A DNA stretch of 64,000 nucleotides from NCBI GenBank assembly GCA_043228905.1, contig JBHGNT010000022.1:3162001-3226000 (forward strand), read 5' to 3'. The position numbers were made by a program, and so were the translations under genes. This stretch comes from Azolla caroliniana. Its lineage: Eukaryota > Plantae > Polypodiophyta. Below are positions 12,711 to 25,232 of this stretch, one piece after another. The notes below the pieces were generated by a model. The model worked only from the letters and a program-made list of their open reading frames with translations, did no database searches and was not told where the DNA came from. Position 1 is the first letter of the stretch; the number at the start of each line of letters is the position of its first letter.

Positions 12711-13320
12711 TCGATGTAAAACTAGCATCTTTCGTTTTGGTGACGAGTTGATTAGGCAACACCATACGTGGATGAGGTGGCTAGGTTGTCCTAAGGCGCT
12801 AGAATCATGTTCTAGTCTGGAAGGGCATTTTGAACCCATAGTCATCATCGATGTAAAATAAGCATGTTTTGCTTTCATGACGAGTTCATTAGGCAACACG
12901 ATAAGTGGATGAGCTAGCCGAGTTGGTCGAAGGTGCTATATTACGGTTCTATTTTGAAAAGGCGGGGGTTCAAATCCAACTCTCATTATCATTGTAAAAT
13001 GAAGAAGCTTTGTTTTGGCGACGAGTTGATTAGGCAACAAGATAAGTGGATTAGGTCGCTGAGTTGGTCTAAGGCGATAGATTAAGGTTCTAGTCCAAAA
13101 GGGAGTGGGTTCAAATCCACTGTCATTATCGATGTAAAACAAACATGTTTCGTTTTGGCAAGGAGTTTATTAGACAACGGGATAAGTGGTTGAGGTGGTC
13201 TAATGTGCTAGATTAGAGTTCTAGTCCGAAAGGGCGTGGGTTCAAATCCCACTATTATCAACGATGTAAAATGAACATGTATTATTTTTGTAACGCGTTG
13301 ATTAGGCAACACGATAAGTG

Positions 13321-13401
13321 GATGAGGTGGCCGAGTTGGTCTAAGGCGCTAGATTCAGGTTCTAGTCCGAAAGGGCGTGGGTTCAAATCCCACTCTCATC
13401 A
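13321..13401 (+). tRNA. tRNA-Leu(CAG), structurally intact anticodon variant
   Basis: Acceptor GATGAGG/TCTCATC+A, D arm GCC..GGC, anticodon stem CTAGA/TCTAG with loop TTCAGGT, long variable arm, T arm GTGGG-TTCAAAT-CCCAC. Confidence 0.8.
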
Positions 13402-15887
13402 TCGATGTAAAATGGAGATGCTTCGTTTTCGAGACGCTTTGGTTAGGCAACAAGATAAGTAGATGAGGTAGCCGAGGTGGTCCAAGGCAGTAGATTTAGG
13501 TTACATACTCCGAAAGGGCATGGGTTCAAATCCACACTCATCATCAATGTAAAATGTACATGTTTTGTTTTTGCGACGAGTTGATTAGGCAACATCATAA
13601 GTGGATGAGGTTGCCAAGGTGGCCTAAGACACTATATTAAGGTTGTAGTCCGAAAGGGCTTGGGTACATATCCCACTCTCATCATCGATGTAAAAGAAAT
13701 ATATGGATTAGGCAACATGATAAGTGCATGAGGTGGCCGAGTTGGTCTAAGGTGCTAGATTAAGGTTCTAGTCCGAAAGGGCGTTGGTTCAAATCCCATT
13801 CTCATTACCGATGTAAGATGGACATGTTTTGTTTTGCTGACGAGTTGATTAGGCAATAGGATAAATGGTTGAGGCGGCCGAGGTGGTCTAAGGTGCTAGA
13901 TTAAGGTTCTAGTCCGAAAGAGCGTCGGTTCAAATCCCACTGTCATGATAGATGTGAAATGAACACGATAAGTGGATGCCGTTGTCTACGGTGCTAGATT
14001 AAGGTTCTAGTCCAAAATGGCGTGGGTTCAAATCCCACTCTCATCATGGATGTAAAATGAGCATGCCTCCATTTTGGCGAGGAGTTGATTAGGAATCATG
14101 AGAAGTGGATGACGTCTAATGTGCTAGATTAAGGTTCTAGTCCGAAAGGGAGTGGGTTCAAATTCTACTCTCATCATCGATCTAAAATGAACACTGTCCG
14201 TTTTGCGGACAACTTGATTAGGTAACACGATAAGTGGATAAGGTGGTTGCGTTGGTCTAAAGCGCTACATTAAGGTTCTAGTCCGAAAGGGCATGGGTTC
14301 AAATCCCACACTTATCATTGATGTAAAACGAACATGCTTTGTTTTGGTGAGGAGTTGATTAGGGAACATGACAAGTGGATGAGGTGCCCGAGTTGGTCTA
14401 AGGCGCTAGATTAAGGTTCTATTTCGAAAGAGCGTGGGTTCAAATCCCACTCTCATCATCAATGTAAAATGAACATGGTTCGTTTTGTCGACGAGCTGAT
14501 TAGGCAGCACGATAAGTGGATGAGGTGGCCGAGTTGGTCTAAGGTGGTAGAATAAGGTTCTAGTTTGGAAGGGCGTGGGTTCAAATCCCACTCTCATCAT
14601 CGATGTAATAATAAACTTGTTTCGTTTTGGTGATGCGTTGATTAGGTGACACGATAAGTAGATATGTTTTGGCGACGACTTGTAAACTGAACTAGTGGCG
14701 TTTTGGCGACGAGTTGATTAGGCACCACGATAAGTGGATGAGGTGGCCGAGTTGGTCTAAGGCACTAGGTTAAGGTTCTAGTCCGAAAGGGCGTGGGTTC
14801 AAATACCACACTCAAAATCGATGTATAATAAGCATGTATCGTTTAGGCGACGAGTTAATTAGGCAACACGATATATGGGTGAGGTGGCCGAGTTGGTCTA
14901 AGGTGCTAGATTAAGGTTCTAGTCCGAAAGGGCAAGTGGTCAAATCCCACTCTCATCAGCGATGTAAAGTGAACATGCTTCCTTATGGAAACGAGTTGAT
15001 TAGGCAACACGATAAGTGGATGAGGTGGTCTTCTTTGTCTAGATGGATGAATGTGGCCAAGTTCCCAAAAACCGACTGGCAATAAAATGGAACCAGTTGG
15101 TAATGGAATTGCAACCGACCGGTAAGCAACCCAGAACCGGCCGGTAATCAAATCAGAACAGGCCGGTAATGAAACAGGAAGTTGCCGATAATCAAAATGG
15201 AACTGTCTGGTAATCAAAATGGAACCGGCTGGAAATCAATTCGGAACCGGCCTGTAAGGCGGAAACCAAACCGGAATTAGCCGGCAACCAAGACGGATTG
15301 GATGGGTGGCGATCGAGACGGACAAATGATAGGATCATGTGGCTAATTAAAGTAAAGGAAAGGAAACTAAAGTAAAGGCCATGTGGACGGTCACATGCAA
15401 CTAAAAGAAAAAGCCATGCAACTAAAAGTGGTGTTGAGCGGCAATCTCAACCGGAGTCCGAGCCGGTTAGCTAGATCAAGCAATAACCGGAAGCCAAGTA
15501 GCAGCTAGTCTACTAGGGAGTTAATATCTCGTAGTTACTGTTAGACGCTCGTGTGAGCATTGAAGTACACCGTACTTCTGTAAATCCATATGGACTCGTA
15601 AAAGTGTTCACTGGACACATATATGATGTATAGACTGAGTAATATTTTTGAATTGAGTTTCTGTGTGCTCTCTCCCTCTCTGTCTCTCTCTCTCTCTCTG
15701 TCTCTCCCGCGTACTGTAAAGCTCTCCATTAAACTTGTTTTTTGTTTTCTATTGCTTCTGCATGCTATTTGTTTCTACATGGTATCAAAGCGCGAGGGTT
15801 GAGAACCTCTGCAGCCGACATTCGCTTTCGCAAGAAGAAAACTTAACCTTTGTAAAGAACAGAAAAAAAAAACAAATGTATAGAGGA

Positions 15888-18800
15888 ATGGCTAGCTCGC
15901 TCCCGGTGGAGAAGCTCGATAGATCCAACTACGCATCTTGGTCATACAAGATGCACCAGTACCTGCTTGGGCGTGGTTACTAGATCTATGTCGACGGAGC
16001 TAACGAGACAACACCTGATGCGGCACACAAGGACTTCCCGGTGTGGGAATAATTGGCAAGCAGAGTGATGTATTGCTTTGCATCCAGTGTCGGAGACCAG
16101 CTGCTGAGCCACGTCCGAGATGCCAAGACGCCAAAAGAGGCTTGGGGAAACCTCAAGAAGGTGTTCGCCGCAAGCACTATAGGCCGGAAGCTGCAACTCC
16201 GATAGGAGTTGAGCAATGTCCGACAGAAGGACATGTCGGTGGCTGATTACACAGTCTGAATCAAAGAGATCAGTGACTCGCTTGCCTCTATCAACGTTGG
16301 CGTGGCGTGGCTTGCCTAGAAGCGTAGCGTTGTGTAGATTGAAGATAACGTGAAAGTGAGGAAGCAATCACTGAGATTTTGGATGGAAGAGACGAAAGAG
16401 TAGAAATAGATAAATAGTGATCAACAAGATATGACAAGATAAGATATAGAATGATAATTGAAGCAATAAAAGAGATTTATAATTATTTGATGAAAGAGTT
16501 ACAAAAGTGGTTGTAAGCATCGTTGATCATTCGAACTTGGTCTCACAAGATAATCTCTCTTCTCTTTCTTGATAGTAGACCACAACAATCTTCACTTCAA
16601 TGTTTTGATGAAGATAAAGCTCGAACCACCTCCCTCTAGTTGAGAGTTGACCACCACGATCGCCAAGCTAGAGCTCCACCTTTATGTTGAGCTTCTTCCT
16701 TTCTTTCTCTATTTTATGGTATCTCTCATGTAATATATATTTGATTGATATCTCATATCTCTCTCCCTTTGATCTTCTCTTTCACTATTTAAATAGGTGT
16801 CCCCATGCATATGATGCATTGGAGGGTACAAGTCATGCATGTGATGCATGATCGCCATTTGGCGTTCATGCATTACATATGATGCATGATAGGCATCTCG
16901 CTCATTTGAGCTTTCATGTATGAAAAAATATATAGCATAAGAATAAACATGAAAATATAGTTTAAAAAATAAAGGACCTAGCCTAATGGTAGGTGTGTTG
17001 ACTTTGGTATATGAGGTTGTGGGTTTGAGTCTCTCAAATATTATTGAATACAACATGTAACATCATTTTTATATCATGAAGCAAATCCTTTATTTTATAT
17101 ATATTATTACTATAGAGTAAATGGTAAGATTTGAAAGTCATAGGGTGGGGTTATTGGTTCAACTCCTCTCTTGTTCGCGTAATATAATATATTTATATAT
17201 ATATTATTTTTCTTTACATATATATAACATTATCATATCTGTTGTTAATATTATCTTTATATATAAAACATTATCAAATGTTATTTTAGTTACGTATTTA
17301 TCTTATTGTAGACTTTTAATGTGAAACTTTCGTACTTCACGACAACGTCATAGTAGAGGAAGACGAGATGGTACATGTCTGTCTTGGGCGCCTAGCGTCT
17401 AAGTTCCGAGCTTTCCGGACAGCAGTATGTACGAGGGCGAATATGTTGTCATTTTTCGACTTACAGTTGATGCTCCTTGAAGAGGAGAAGCACGCCGGTG
17501 CGTCAACAAGTGCACCCACCGACAACCGGATGTTGTACACGGAGGCGGATCGGCCCTATGGGCGTGGTGGACGAGGCAGGTCCGCACGCAATGGAGGCGG
17601 CCGGCAAGGGCAAGCCCGACGACACAAAGATCGTGGCGACAGCAGTTCCAGGACCTCCACAACCAGGGGGAGTCAAGGTGGCGTCGGAGGCCGGCAAGAC
17701 AAATCCACCACAGAATGCTGGTACTGTGGTAAAAAGGGCCACAGAGTGGTTCTCCTTCTTGGAGAAACCGGAACAACCAGGAGTCGTCGAAACCAGAGAA
17801 GACACTCCACACCCAATTGTGCATATCGGAGAAGTCCCTTTGAGCCATGTCGGACAGAGGGGGAAGCTAATGAATGTATTACACATTCCGACTATCACGA
17901 AGAACCTGGTGCCGGTCAGACAGATCGTCGACCATGGAATGCAGGTGCGGTTTACACACCTCGGGCCAATTCAACAGTTATCTGCAGCAAAAAGGAATTC
18001 GGAGAGAATTCAGTTGCAGATACACACCGGAGCAAAACAGTGTGGCCGAGAGAAAGAACCGGTCGATCATCGACGCAGTAAGGGCAATGCTGGAAGAGAA
18101 GAGCATGCCCCATTTCTATTGGGCGGAGGCGGTTCGGACGGACGTCTACATCAGTGACAAGGTGTCCGCGCAGGAGTTGTATTTCGGATGCAAGCCGAAT
18201 TTGAGACACCTTGGGATATTCGGTAGCATTGCATATGTTCATGTACCGGATGAGAATCGAAGGAAGCTGGATGCTAAGTCGGAGAAATGCATCCTAGTCG
18301 GCTACTCGCATGAGCAAAAGGGGTACAAGTGTTATAACCCCCGGACGAAGCAGGTCCGAGTTAGCCGGGATGTAGAGTTTGATGAAACGGCATTATGGTA
18401 TGCCTTACCGACTTCTGACCCCCACCCGATACCGGAGGATGAGGCTAGTGAGCTTGAACCGGTCCAATTAGAAGACGAAGGGTCTGAGACTCAAGAAGAG
18501 AGTCCGGAATTGTTTCGGTTGAGTGGGCCGAACGAGCAACTGGGTCTGCCAGACCAGTCGGATGATGAACCGGCGAGTAGTGGAGACTCTGTTGTGCTCT
18601 CCCCGCGCAAGGAACCGAGGAGACAGTTCATGCGCAAAGAGAAGGGGAAGAAGAAGATGCTGGGATACGAAACCAGCAATGACGAGTTGGATCGGAGCGG
18701 ATCCAACTCCGAAAAGGAAGTTGGCGGATCTTCAGGAACGAAGACCGAACCGGCCAAGAAGGGCCTAAAACCGGGTAGTTGTGAGTTATGCCGGTCTTCC

Positions 18801-21020
18801 CGCCAAAAGGAACCCGTGAAGCGGTACAGATACAATGAGTACATGGCGCATCACTATGCCTACATGACCAAGGTGGTGGAGGTGCATGAGCCGGAAAGCT
18901 ACGCAGAAGCAGCAAAGGACACACATTGGCGTGCCGCTATGGAAAAAGAAATACGAGCACTTGATGCAAATGACACATGGGACCTAGTTGACCATCCCCG
19001 ACACTGTAAACCAATCGGATGTAAGTGGGTGTACAAAGTAAAGTACAATGTCGACGGATCGGTTAACTGGTACAAGGCCCGGTTAGTGGCAAAGGGATAC
19101 GCGTAGACCCATGGAATCGACTACGATGAGACCTTCGCTCCAGTAGCAAAGATGACGATGGTTCGTGTGGTGCTGGCGGTTGCTGCGGCAAGGGAGTGGC
19201 ATCTTCACCAGATGGACGTGAAGAATGCATTTCTTCAAGGAGATCTTGAAGAAGAGGTCTTTATGACCCAACCTCCCGGTTTCCAGACGGAGATGAACAA
19301 GTCAGCGGTATGCCGGCTGAAGAAGTCACTTTATGGCCTAAAGCAAGCCCCCCGAGCTTGGAGTGCGAAGATCACGCACCGGTTACGTAAGATGGGGTTT
19401 GCGGCCTCCAAGTCTGACTCTTCGTTCTTCATCCGGCAAGGTCCGGACGGTCCGGTTTGCATCCTGTTGTATGTTGATGATCTAGTCATCACCGAACCCA
19501 GACTTGATGAAATCAGCCAAGTCAAGTCCCAATTGTCGGAAGCATTTGAGATGAAGGACCTGGGGGACCTTCACTATTTCCTCGGGATCGAGGTGATCCG
19601 AACCCCCGATGGCATATTGCTCTCACAAAGACACTATGTGTTGAATATGTTGTACAAGTTCAGCATGACGGCATGCCGACCAATCTCCACACCCCTAGAC
19701 CGGAACAAGAAGCATCGTCCCGACTTCGGACCGACATGCAATGAGAAGCGCTTCCGGCAAATCGTCGGAAGCCTCATATATTTGACAATCACCCTACCCG
19801 AGATCAGTTATCTGGTCGGCGTTATCAACGAATATATGCAAAAGCCGACCGTGGAGCACCTTCTGTGCGCGCATCAAATTTTGCGATATGTGAGCGGCAC
19901 GAGGGACCGGGGACTGTTATACCGGCATGGTATAACCGAAGAGCTAGTCGGCTACACCGATGCCGATTGGGCCGGCGATGCATCGGATCGCCGATCCACC
20001 TTCGGCTATATGTTTTCCCTTGGTAGTGCAGCTGTTGCGGGGAGCAGCAAAAAGTACCCAACAATGGCCCTCTCGAGCACTGAGGCTGAATACTGGGGCG
20101 CTACCGTTGCCACCTGTGAAGCCATTGGGCTTCGGCGACTGTTGCAAGACCTGCGGATCGAAGTGTAGACCCCGATCCTGATCTACTGCGACAACATAAG
20201 CAGCATGCAGCTCACCAAGAACCTTGTATTCCATGCTCGCACAAAGCACATAGAAGTGCACTACCACTTCGTGCGTGAGTGTGTCTTGAGCGGTGAAGTC
20301 GAACTTCAGTATGTTCATACGGATCGGCAAGTTGCTGACATCTTCACCAGACCGCTTGGATTGGACAAGTTGCAGCACTTCACCGAAATGCTTGGTGTTC
20401 AGCATCTCGACATGCCACACTTGAGGGGGAGAATGGGCAAAGGCAAAGAAATTGTCGATTGCGCCAGTGAGGGAAGAACCGACAAAGGAGGAGACAAGAA
20501 GAAGAAAGGAGCCGAGTCGACAAAGGAAGTTGACACATCCGAACAAGTTGGAACAAGCGGCAGCGGCGGCATAGTCAAGAAGGACAGAGCCAACCGGAAG
20601 AAGAAGGTCAAGACCCAGACATGGTCCGATGTGGTGAAGGGCCTGGAAACAGAAGACGAATTGGGAGCAATCGATTCAGAAGAACCGGATCAATTCAAGA
20701 CCAAGAGGACAAGATGGCAACACAAGTCGACGCCAACACGAAGGAATCGGCGGGTCGACAAGCGCCGAAGTCACAGTAGCGAGGGAGCTGATTTGGGCCT
20801 GTTGAGCAGACAAGCTGACCGAGGAGGTCGAGATGCACAGAAACAGAGGGGTCGTGGCAAACGGAACCGGACGAACGAGGAGCGCGAGCAAGGCAGAGTG
20901 ATGCCAGAAGGAGCCCGGTGGATGGACCGGCTGCCATGGATACTGACACTACGATTCGACCTCAAGTTGAGCTTGAGGGGGAGTGTTGAGCGGCAAGCTC
21001 AATTGGATTTAGAAGGATGA
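15888..21020 (+). pseudogene. Copia gag-pol pseudogene (stops, internal deletions, solo-LTR insertion)
   Basis: Motifs in copia order: LDRSNYASWS (gag), CWYCGKKGH, YTPEQNSVAERKNR and RKLDAKS (INT), QMDVKNAFLQG and LLYVDD (RT), GYTDADWAG and RTKHIEVHYHFVRE (RH). Confidence 0.92.
16298..17344 (-). mobile_element. Solo LTR (1047 bp) of the ACGT-target group, inside the copia gag
   Basis: Minus strand starts TGTCGTGA. TSD ACGT at 16294-16297 / 17345-17348. Removing it restores the gag frame SLASINVIVEEDEM. Confidence 0.85.
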
Positions 21021-21254
21021 GCCCGATAGGTGAGCCGGTGAGCTGGGGAGCCGGTTAGCTGGATCAAGCAGTAACCGAAAGCCAAGTAGCAGCTAGTCTA
21101 CTAGGGAGTTAATATCTTGTAGTTACTGTTAGACGCTCGTGTGAGCATTGAGGTACACCGTACTTCTATCAGTCCATATGGACTTGTATAAAAGTGTTCA
21201 CTGAACACATACGATGTACAGATTGAGTAATATTTTTCAATTGAGTTTCTATGT

Positions 21255-21292
<38 letters not shown>

Positions 21293-21879
21293 GTAATGTA
21301 AAGCTCTCCATTAAACCTGTTTTCTATTTTCTGTTTTCTATTGCTTCCGCACGCTATTTGTTTCTACAAGTGGGCATGCAAAGTAACATTGAAGGCTATG
21401 ATTAATGGAGAACTGCATATAAATTCCATTTTTTATCCTACACATCCTCTCTCCATTTTTTATTTTATTTTCCTTCTTAGATTCCCTTATCTCACTGGGC
21501 CATAACACTCATAAACTCTAATTTTCCATATAGAAGCCATATCTCTCATAAAGCCTAATTTCCTTACGGAATCCAAAAACCCTAATTTTCCCTACGGAAG
21601 CCATATCTCTCAAAACCCCTAATTTTTCTTTTCTATTAATCTTAGTAAACCTAAAACTTATGAATCCCAAGATCGGGACATATTGTAATTTCTTTTCCTT
21701 TGTTAATGAAAATTATTAAATTTTCTCGTTTTCGTTAATTGTTAAAAGTATAAACACACGAATCTGATATCCTCTGGTCGGAGGCCCCGGGGTCCTGCCT
21801 CAAGTTCACGTATCCTCGTCATATTTTCGCGACATCTTTGGTGAACCCGACGTGAAACAAGGCGGCAAGAGGATATCTC

Positions 21880-23882
21880 ATGGAGGCATATAGATACAAA
21901 GAGTCGAAGAGATGCAGCTTATACGAGTTCAACCAATGGGTATCATCATTAAAGACCCACCAAAGTGCCATGCATGCTTTCGTTGAGTTTGAGTGTCGCT
22001 TCACAGAACTCTCAGAGCGGGATCAAAGATTGGTGGGGGTGGATAAAGTCCTAATGTTCATGAAATCAATAGATTTGAAGGAAAGGAAAACCATTGGAAT
22101 CCGACTTGAGGATGATGATGGTGCAAATGGCCTCACCGAGGATTGGACGAAAGTGGAAAGAGTATGTCAACTACACTATAAAAGGAAGAAAAGATTCTCA
22201 TCGACAACAACACAACCCACGATGGATGGTGAAAGGAGGACAGGAAGTAACAACAAATTACCACCTAAAGAAGAGAGCTTGAAGAGGGAAGGTTCGATGT
22301 TACTCGACATAGAGGCCTTCATAAACGAGGCATATGAGAAATTAAAGGTGCAAGTGGAGGCCAAAGAGAATCTTATACTGGAACCAAAACCGATTAAAAT
22401 GGTTATCAAGGAAGAAGAGACCTCCCAACAAAGATGGAGTAATGATACAGCCAATATGAAGGCCGAAGTTCGGTACAACAACACCACGAGAGAAGGTGTG
22501 GAATAAGACGCCTTCTCGTCTTGGAAAGAAACAATGATGAAGAATGAAACCAATGAATCGCGGGTGGTGAATGCCACTTCAAGAGAGGACAAATGTTTCG
22601 AAACACGCATTGTGTCTGAAACATCAAGTGATGAAGGTGAAAGCATGAGCAAAGCTTGCATGATCAAGGGAGATAAAAAGTGTGAGGTCAACATGATTGA
22701 GGAGGTAGCCACGAGAAATGACATCGAGTCAAAGGTGGCTAAGGACCAGTCAATGGCGGATTGCCGTGTTGAGACTTTCTCCACACTTGTTCTAGAGACT
22801 TGGGCAGATGCGTCAGAAAGCAAATGTGAGACCCAAGAGACGGAAGGTGGCGGCGAGGAAGTGAAGACGAAGCTAACACATGCGAAGAAGAGGGAGACGT
22901 CAAGATGAAGATGGTAGACGATGATCATGAAGAGACTTTCCCCACAAAAGTTCTTGAGACTTGGGCATTAACCGATGTAAGACCCAAGAGATGGAAGGTG
23001 GCGGCGACGAAACAAAGGCCAAAACCAATGCGGACAACCATAAGGTGGAAGTGGCTAAGGGTAGCTCGACAAAGACAAACTATGAAAACGTATGGATCCC
23101 TCCACACTCGTTCGAGAGACTTGGGCATTAACCGATGTAAGACCCAAGAGAAGGAAGGTGGCGGCGAGGAATTGAAGGCCAAAGCTAACACATGCAAAGA
23201 AGAGGGAGACGTCAAGATGAAGAGGGTGGACGATGATCATGAACAGACTTTCCCAACAAAAGTTCTTGAGACTTGGGCATTAACCGATGTAAGACCCAAG
23301 AGATGGAAGGTGACGGCGAAGAAACAAAGGCCAAAGCCAATGCGGACAACCATAAGGTGGAAGTGGCTAAGGGTAGCTCGACAAAGACAAACTATGAAAA
23401 TGTATGGATCCCTCCACACTCGTTCGAGAGACTTGGGCATTAACTGATGTAAGACCCAAGAGAAGGACGATGGCAGCGAGGAAGCAAGGGTTGAAGCTAA
23501 TGCGTGCAATAAGGAAGTCATGGTCAACTCCAAAGTATACCACAAAAGTAGAAAAAGTGAGAAGCATGAAAAGTGTTCACTTAAGGACCTTGACATGTGC
23601 ATGCAGTTGCAGAATGAACCACTAACAGTACTCAACAATAGTACTTCGATAAGGCCTTTGAAAGGCATGCATGGAACAAGAAAGGATGATAAAAGAAAGT
23701 TAGATGACCAAGGAGATGGCCGAGATGAAGGTGGCACGTGCACTAGGCGTGCAACATTATGCTCCAGAGGAGCAAAGAGAGCCATGACAACCAGTCATGG
23801 AAATGCAAAGACTGAACGAAGAATATGGTGGATCAGATGGCAACGACGGTTCGGGTATAAAGAAGAAACATCGATGAAGTAG
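21880..23882 (+). pseudogene. Broken homologue of the 611-aa gag-like ORF, with a ~312-bp tandem duplication
   Basis: LSERDQRLVGVDKVLMFMKSID and TSREDKCFETRIV match 4556-6391. Duplicated segments start near 22905 and 23217. Confidence 0.85.
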
Positions 23883-25232
23883 AACAATCAAAAGAGGAAC
23901 CTCACTACAATTGGCACATACCGGTGGATGTGTAGGTTTGGTGGGGGTGAATGTCGTGTGGTTTTTCACACACGATATGAAAACTATGTAAAAATAATAA
24001 TAAAATAAAATGGACAACTACATATCAAGATAGGTGGACATGAAGTTTGAGAAGATAGGGAAAATAGAACTATGATTTATCCCACATAGATAGGAAACTT
24101 AAGGCCCTGACTATATAAGCACATTGAGATCCCTTAGTTTTCATTTGTGTTAAAAGCACTTTGGCCACTTTGTCTAGATGGATAAATGTGGCCAAGTTCC
24201 CAAAAACCGACTAGCAATAAAATGGAACCGGTTGGTAATGGAACTGAAATTGGCCGATAAGCAAACCGGAACCGGCCGGTAAGCAAACTGGAATCGGTCG
24301 GTAATCAAATCGGAACCGGCCGGTAAGCAAACTGGAACCGGTCAGTAAGCAAACCGGAACCTGTCGGTAATCAAAATGGAACCGACCGGTAAGCAAACTG
24401 GAACTGGCCGGTAATCAAAATGGTACCGGTCGGTAAGCGAATTGAAATCGGATGGAAATCAATTCAAAACCGGCCGGTAAGCCGGAAACCAAACTGAAAT
24501 CGGCTGGGGAGCAAATTGGAATCCGCTTGTAAGCGAAACCGGAACCGGCCGGCAATCAAATCAGAACCGGACTAGACAGACGCAGACCGAACAGATTGGC
24601 TGGGCGGCCATCGAGACAAATAGATGATAGGATAATGTGGCTAAGTAAAGGCCATGTGGACGGTCGCATGCAACTAAAAGAAAAAGCCATGGAACTAAAA
24701 ATGGATGCAAAGTAGAGGCCATGTAACTAAAAGTGGGCATGCAAAGTAACATTGAAGGCTATGATTAATTTTAGTAGAGGCCACTTTTAGTTCCATGGCC
24801 TCTACTAAAAGTAGAGGCAATGGAACTAAAAGTGGGCATGCAAAGTAACATTGAAGGCTATGATTAACAGAGAACTGCATATAAATTCCATTTTTTTTCC
24901 TACACATCCTCTCTATATTTTTTATTTTCTTTTCCTTCTTAGCTCCCTTATCTTATGGAAGCCATAACACTCAAAAACCCTAATTTTCCCTACGAAAGCC
25001 ATATCTCTCAAAACCCCTAATTTTTCTTTTCTATTAATCTCAATAAACCTAAAACTTCTGAATCCCAATCTTGGGACATATTGTAATTTCTTTTCCTTTA
25101 TTAATGAAAATTATTAAATTTTCTCCTTTCTCTTAATTATTAAAAGTATAAACGCACGAATCTGATATCCTCTGGTAAGAGGCCCCGAGGTCCTGCCTCA
25201 AGTTCACGTCTCCTCGTTGTATTTTCGCGATA

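Larger units (their letters stand above)
12190..15030 (+). repeat. tRNA-Leu tandem array block A (~20 monomers of ~141 bp)
   Basis: Recurrent GATGAGGTGGCCGAGTTGGTCTAAGGCGCTAGATTAAGGTTCTAGTCCGAAAGGGCGTGGGTTCAAATCCCACTCTCATCA plus the spacer TCGATGTAAAATGAACATGCTTCGTTTTGGCGACGAGTTGATTAGGCAACACGATAAGTG. Confidence 0.95.
15432..21368 (+). mobile_element. Ty1/copia LTR retrotransposon (degenerate)
   Basis: LTRs at 15432-15779 and 20984-21368 (TGTTGAGCGG...TCTACA). TSD AGTGG on both sides. PBS TGGTATCAAAGC (tRNA-iMet, 1 mismatch) at 15780. PPT GAGGGGGAG at 20975-20983. Confidence 0.95.
15033..25232 (+). mobile_element. Non-autonomous gag-only tRNA-Trp-primed LTR element; 5' LTR truncated and interrupted by a copia
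   Basis: 5' LTR remnant at ~15033-15431 and 21369-21834 (ends CGCGACA). PBS TGGTGAACCCGACGTGA at 21839-21855. PPT GGTGGGGGTGA. 3' LTR at 23952-25232 (TGTCGTG...CGCGATA) with ~23-bp AACCGG subrepeats. Confidence 0.85.
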
